A stretch of 64,000 bases of DNA, taken from contig CAMAWM010000008.1 in assembly GCA_945861965.1 (NCBI GenBank), positions 6,353-70,352 on the forward strand. Direction: 5' to 3'. Shown in pieces: positions 59,666 to 64,000 of the stretch (its first letter is position 1; each line of letters starts with the position of its first letter). Below the pieces are notes generated by a model. The model worked only from the letters and a program-made list of their open reading frames with translations. It was not told the DNA's origin and did not search any database. Position numbers and translations under genes: made by a program. The stretch is from Chitinophaga pinensis. GTDB taxonomy: Bacteria; Bacteroidota; Bacteroidia; UKL13-3.

Positions 59666-60325
59666 TTATTGCATAAACGCAAATTGCAAAATGTTTGCAC
59701 CCATTTTCAATGCTTGTTGCCTTGTCAATTCTGGGTCATTGTATATCTCTTGGTCTTCCCAGCCGTTTCCTAAATCACATTCGTACGAATAAAAACATAC
59801 CAATTTCCCTTTGTAAATTAATCCAAATCCTTGAGGCGATTTGCCATCGTGTTCGTGAATTTTTGGAAGTCCTTTATCAAAATTGTATTTCTGATGATAA
59901 ATGGGATGATTAAATGGCAACTCTACAAAATCGAGTTCAGGAAAAACTTTTTTCATTTCGCGCCTAAAAAATAAATTCAAACCAAAGTTGTCATCGGCAT
60001 GTAAAAATCCGCCTGCAATTAGATAATTACGAAGATTTTCGGCCTCGACATCACTAAATATTATGTTGCCATGTCCTGTTAAATGAATAAATGGATAATT
60101 AAAAATATCGCTGCTGCCAACCTCAACAATATCTTCTTCGGACGCAATGTTCAGATTTAAATTTTTGTTACAAAAATCTATCAAATTTGGCAAAGATGTT
60201 TTGTTGGCATACCAGTCTCCCCCACCGTTGTACTTTAGTTTTGCAAGTTTAAATGAGGGTGTAACAAAAGCTGCAAACAGTACAAATCCGCAAAAGAAAA
60301 ACGCAACATTTTTGATTTTTTTCAC
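59666..60325 (-). CDS. DUF4159-family protein
   Basis: Signal/TM N-terminus followed by KLKYNGGGDWYANKTSLPNL, which I recognise as the conserved start of DUF4159 proteins. GTG start. Confidence 0.55.
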   Translation of the reverse strand: MKKIKNVAFFFCGFVLFAAFVTPSFKLAKLKYNGGGDWYANKTSLPNLIDFCNKNLNLNIASEEDIVEVGSSDIFNYPFIHLTGHGNIIFSDVEAENLRNYLIAGGFLHADDNFGLNLFFRREMKKVFPELDFVELPFNHPIYHQKYNFDKGLPKIHEHDGKSPQGFGLIYKGKLVCFYSYECDLGNGWEDQEIYNDPELTRQQALKMGANILQFAFMQ

Positions 60326-60518
60326 GCTACTAAATTATCGCAAACAAATTTGAATTGCAATTTTTATTCAAAAATCAAAAACGATACATTTTCAATTAAC
60401 GACTTAAACTAAATCATTGAAAGTGTGATAGGATAAAAACGCAAATAACTTTCATGATAAATTTATTCGATTTGTGAAAATCTGCTTTATCAAAGTATAT
60501 TTCGCAAAAAATTAGTAG

Positions 60519-63014
60519 ATGAAAAATTCATTTTTGAAAAAAGCGATTCCACACATAATTGCATTAGTTGTAATGTTTACAGTAATGATAGCATACTTTG
60601 GTCCATTGTTTCAAGGAAAGGTTTTGAAACAATACGATGTGTTACAATGGCGAAGCACTTATCAAGAAATATCGCAGTTTGAAAAGCAAAGCGAAGAGCG
60701 AACTTTTTGGACAAACAGTATTTTCAGTGGTATGCCATCTTATCTTATTGGAGCATCGTATAGCGGAAATTTAACCAATTCGTTTTTGCTTTTTATGCAA
60801 AAGATTTTTAAAAATCCAGCGGATACAATTTTCTTTTTATTTGTATGTTTTTACATTTTGCTGCTAACATTCGATGTTAGTCCGTGGCTAGCAATTATTG
60901 GAGCCTTAGCATTTACATTTAGCAGTTTTAATTTTATAAATATTGATGCGGGGCATGTTACTAAAGGCAATGCCATTGCATTTATTCCGCTTGTATTGGC
61001 CGGAATAAATATTACACTTCATAAAAACAAAATTTTGGGAGCATTGTTAACCGGTGTAGCTGTTTCGTTTCAGTTAGCAGCTGGACACTTGCAAATCACC
61101 TACTATTTAATTTTTATACTTTTAGCGTGGATGTTGGTTGAAATTTTTAACGCAATCAAAACAAAAAAAATAATGCATTTAGCAGTTTGTGGAGCGTACT
61201 TAGCAATTGCCGGATTAGTAGGAGTTGGTACAAATATTACCGGTTTGTTAGCAACAGAAGAGTATGGAAAATATAGCATTCGCGGAAAATCAGAATTGAC
61301 AAAAACTGCAGATGACAAAAGCAATGCTGCCAATGTTTCAAGCGGCTTAGACAAAGATTATGCATTGGCGTGGAGTAATGGAATGGCTGAACCAATGACC
61401 ATTCTAATTCCTGATTTTTTTGGTGGCTCTAGTTCTGAATCTTTTATCTACGATAAAAAAAGCGAGACACTAAAAGTGTTGCAAGAAAACAGCCAACAAA
61501 ACACACAATTGGTAAATCAACTTGCGCAGCAAAATAGCGCACGATATTGGGGAGAACAGCCATTTACAGCAGGACCTATTTATTATGGTGCCATTATTAT
61601 TTTTCTTTTTGTGCTTGGAGTTTTTGTAATCAAAGGCAACGAAAAATGGTGGATTTTTGGAGCAGCATTGTTGTCGGTATTCTTATCCATGGGCAAAAAT
61701 TTTATGCCGCTCACTGATTTATTTTTCAATTATTTTCCGCTCTACAACAAATTCAGATCGGTAACATTTATACTTTGTGTTGCTCAAACTATGTTTCCGT
61801 TGATGGCTGTTTTGGCATTAAAATCAATGCTCAACGGATCGATGAAAACGGATGAAATGAAGAGAAAATTACTCTACAGTTTTTATATAGTTGGAGGAAT
61901 ATGTTTGCTTTTTGCTTTGGTGCCAGGAGTTTTTCTGGATTTTTTAACCAGCAAAGATTCTGATCCAAACAACAAAATTCCAGAGTGGTATTTAAATGCA
62001 ATTGCTGAAGATCGTGCAGCTGTTTTAAAAGCAGATGCCTGGCGTTCGTTTATTTTTGTAGCACTTGCTTTTGTTGCCATTTATTTATTTGTTATCAAAA
62101 AAATAAAATCGGAAATAGTGTTAGTTGGAATGGGAATTTTTATTCTTTTCGATTTGTGGCAAGTTGATAAACGTTATTTAAACGACAAAGATTTTGAGAA
62201 ACAAAAAAAGGAAGCAGCGGTTGCAAAAACACAATACGATGAACAAATTTTGCAAGATCCTGATCCACATTATCGCGTATTTAATACCACAACAGATTTT
62301 GACAAAGATGCTATAACTGCTTACTACCACAAATCAATTGGTGGATATCACGGTGCTAAAATGCGCAGATATCAAGAGTTGATTGAATGGCAATTGGCAA
62401 AAAACAATATGGAATGCATAAACATGTTGAACGTAAAATATTTTATAGTTAGAGACGATTCAAGCGGACAATTATTTGCACAACGAAATCCTTTCAACAA
62501 TGGAAATGCATGGTTTGTTAAAAGCGTAAAATGGGTAGCAAATGCCGATGAAGAAATTGTCGCTTTAAATTGGGATAGAAATAATCCGGAAGCAGGATTC
62601 AATGCAAAAGAAACTGCTGTAATTGACAAACGATTTGAAAACGATTTAAAAAATTTTAACCCTGTTTTTGATTCAACAGCAAATATTAAACTTACTAAAT
62701 ACGCACCGAATAAAATTAATTACGAATGCAGTGTAAATTCAGCACAGTTGGCTTTGTTCTCTGAAATATTTTACGATAAAGGTTGGAATGCTTACCTTGA
62801 TGGAAAAGCGGTTTCGCATTTTCGTGCTGATTATGTTTTAAGGGCAATGGTAATTCCTGCTGGCAAACATCAAATTGAATTTAAATTCGAGCCGCAAACG
62901 GTTGTTGCGGGAGAAAAAATTGCTTGGGCATCGTCAAGCATTTTGTATGGCGGATTAATTGTATTGCTGGCATTTTATTTTTTGAGAAAAAACAAAGTAG
63001 TAAAGAATAATTAA
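60519..63014 (+). CDS. YfhO-family polytopic membrane protein (831 aa)
   Basis: Many TM helices in the N-terminal two-thirds, with DVLQWRSTYQEI...WTNSIFSGMPSY near the start. There is a C-terminal extracytoplasmic domain and a final TM. The size and layout fit YfhO-like membrane glycosyltransferase-associated proteins. Confidence 0.55.
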   Translation: MKNSFLKKAIPHIIALVVMFTVMIAYFGPLFQGKVLKQYDVLQWRSTYQEISQFEKQSEERTFWTNSIFSGMPSYLIGASYSGNLTNSFLLFMQKIFKNPADTIFFLFVCFYILLLTFDVSPWLAIIGALAFTFSSFNFINIDAGHVTKGNAIAFIPLVLAGINITLHKNKILGALLTGVAVSFQLAAGHLQITYYLIFILLAWMLVEIFNAIKTKKIMHLAVCGAYLAIAGLVGVGTNITGLLATEEYGKYSIRGKSELTKTADDKSNAANVSSGLDKDYALAWSNGMAEPMTILIPDFFGGSSSESFIYDKKSETLKVLQENSQQNTQLVNQLAQQNSARYWGEQPFTAGPIYYGAIIIFLFVLGVFVIKGNEKWWIFGAALLSVFLSMGKNFMPLTDLFFNYFPLYNKFRSVTFILCVAQTMFPLMAVLALKSMLNGSMKTDEMKRKLLYSFYIVGGICLLFALVPGVFLDFLTSKDSDPNNKIPEWYLNAIAEDRAAVLKADAWRSFIFVALAFVAIYLFVIKKIKSEIVLVGMGIFILFDLWQVDKRYLNDKDFEKQKKEAAVAKTQYDEQILQDPDPHYRVFNTTTDFDKDAITAYYHKSIGGYHGAKMRRYQELIEWQLAKNNMECINMLNVKYFIVRDDSSGQLFAQRNPFNNGNAWFVKSVKWVANADEEIVALNWDRNNPEAGFNAKETAVIDKRFENDLKNFNPVFDSTANIKLTKYAPNKINYECSVNSAQLALFSEIFYDKGWNAYLDGKAVSHFRADYVLRAMVIPAGKHQIEFKFEPQTVVAGEKIAWASSSILYGGLIVLLAFYFLRKNKVVKNN

Positions 63015-63541
63015 TACCTTTCGATAGCAATTTTTATTTTCATCAAGCCTTCGCTGAAAGCCAATTCGGTATTTTCTATTTTTGAAGGAACCATAAATCT
63101 TAAAATTGGATTATAGCCAACATCGCCTTCGTCTATCCAACTCAATTGCGTTTTATTTCCTAAGTCTGTAAATCTAAATGTAGCATGGCTAGTTAATTCT
63201 TGTTCGTTAATATTTAAAAAAGTTTGAATCATTTCATTCGGTACGCTTTCCGAAATACTTAAATAACCAATGCCAACTAAATTTCCGCGAAAATAAAATT
63301 TGGCGTCTTTTCCAACTGTGTTTTTCGAATAAAAAAACTTCATCGAACTATCTATATCTTTATTCCAAGGGCTCCATTTTTCCCAATTTTTAATATCGTT
63401 CATAAACGAAAAACTTTGATAAATGGGCTTGTTGATGGTTACGCTTTTTTCAATTTTATAGTGATGAGGGAAAAACAAACTCACAACAAAAACCAATGCC
63501 ACGATGACGAAAAAAGATAAAAATATTTTGAATAATTTCAT
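63011..63541 (-). CDS. Hypothetical membrane-anchored protein, possibly SRPBCC-like
   Basis: N-terminal TM (FLSFFVIVALVFVVSLFF), then an about 150-aa soluble domain with W-rich motifs (NWEKWSPW). It overlaps the convergent YfhO stop by 4 nt. Confidence 0.4.
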   Translation of the reverse strand: MKLFKIFLSFFVIVALVFVVSLFFPHHYKIEKSVTINKPIYQSFSFMNDIKNWEKWSPWNKDIDSSMKFFYSKNTVGKDAKFYFRGNLVGIGYLSISESVPNEMIQTFLNINEQELTSHATFRFTDLGNKTQLSWIDEGDVGYNPILRFMVPSKIENTELAFSEGLMKIKIAIERY

Positions 63542-63562
63542 GAAATTTAATTTTGATTTAGC

Positions 63563-64000
63563 TTACATAAATGCATTTTCACCTGTAATTTCCATTCCCA
63601 AAATAAGCAAATGAATATCGTGTGTTCCTTCGTAAGTTACTACACTTTCCAAATTCATCATGTGGCGCATTATTGGATATTCGCCAGTTATTCCCATTCC
63701 GCCTAAAATTTGTCTGGCTTCGCGCGCTACATCTAAGGCAAGTGCTACATTATTTCGTTTTGCCATTGATATTTGTGCAGGAGTTGCTCTGCCTTCATTC
63801 ATCAAAATGCCAAGCCGCCAAACCAACAATTGGGCTTTTGTAATTTCAGTAATCATTTCGGCTAATTTTTTTTGTTGCAATTGAAACCCTGCAATTGGCC
63901 TTCCAAATTGTTGTCGTTCTTTTGCATATCGCAATGCTGTATCGTAACAATCCATTGCTGCTCCTAAAGCACCCCAACTAATACCGTAGCGGGCAGAATT
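63563..64000 (-). CDS. Acyl-CoA dehydrogenase (glutaryl-CoA dehydrogenase-like), C-terminal part. The gene continues past the window end.
   Basis: The C-terminus …[25 protein letters not shown] closely matches the GCDH-type ACAD C-terminus ([18 protein letters not shown]). The reading frame stays open to position 64000. Confidence 0.8.
   Translation of the reverse strand, partial: NSARYGISWGALGAAMDCYDTALRYAKERQQFGRPIAGFQLQQKKLAEMITEITKAQLLVWRLGILMNEGRATPAQISMAKRNNVALALDVAREARQILGGMGITGEYPIMRHMMNLESVVTYEGTHDIHLLILGMEITGENAFM

Noticed and set aside
1-64000. CRISPR arrays, integrases, transposases and phage or defence gene clusters
   Set aside because: No regularly spaced direct repeats were seen. 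No tyrosine or serine recombinase, transposase DDE motif or phage structural gene appears in any frame. The tRNA-Phe is not flanked by an integrase or a direct-repeat att site.

Overview
This 64 kb window is a gene-dense, low-GC chromosomal segment that looks like Bacteroidota. It carries a T9SS C-terminal sorting domain protein, BshA, split transketolase genes, SusC-like TonB receptor architecture, many lipoproteins, and several genes with TTG/GTG starts. I can support about 55 protein-coding genes, one tRNA-Phe(GAA), a TPP riboswitch upstream of a TonB-dependent receptor, and several intrinsic-terminator or inverted-repeat hairpins. I found no CRISPR array, integrase, transposase or obvious phage or defence module.

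Most of the content is housekeeping:
- Purine and nucleotide metabolism: purK, purE, purD and guaB at four separate loci.
- DNA repair and translation: uvrA, recQ, hflX, rsmI, truA, tatD.
- Cell envelope: lnt, anmK, ctp-type S41 protease, ald.

Six things stand out:
- A tightly coupled minus-strand cluster links a cobalamin-dependent methionine synthase (without its homocysteine-binding module), a MeaB-type G-protein chaperone, an NAD(P)H-FMN reductase, a membrane desaturase and a Zn-ribbon methyltransferase. Its matching acyl-CoA mutase large subunit sits alone about 28 kb away, with no B12-binding small subunit.
- A TPP riboswitch precedes a TonB-dependent receptor, which is therefore probably a thiamine-regulated transporter.
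- A small secreted protein is extremely rich in Lys and Cys.
- A vWA-domain gene and a long inverted repeat lie between the two transketolase subunit genes.
- A 730-bp noncoding gap is flanked by an uncharacterised 442-aa protein.
- A partial M28-peptidase gene runs off the left edge, and a partial acyl-CoA dehydrogenase gene runs off the right edge.

All calls rest on reading the six-frame translations and motifs by eye. No database search was possible.
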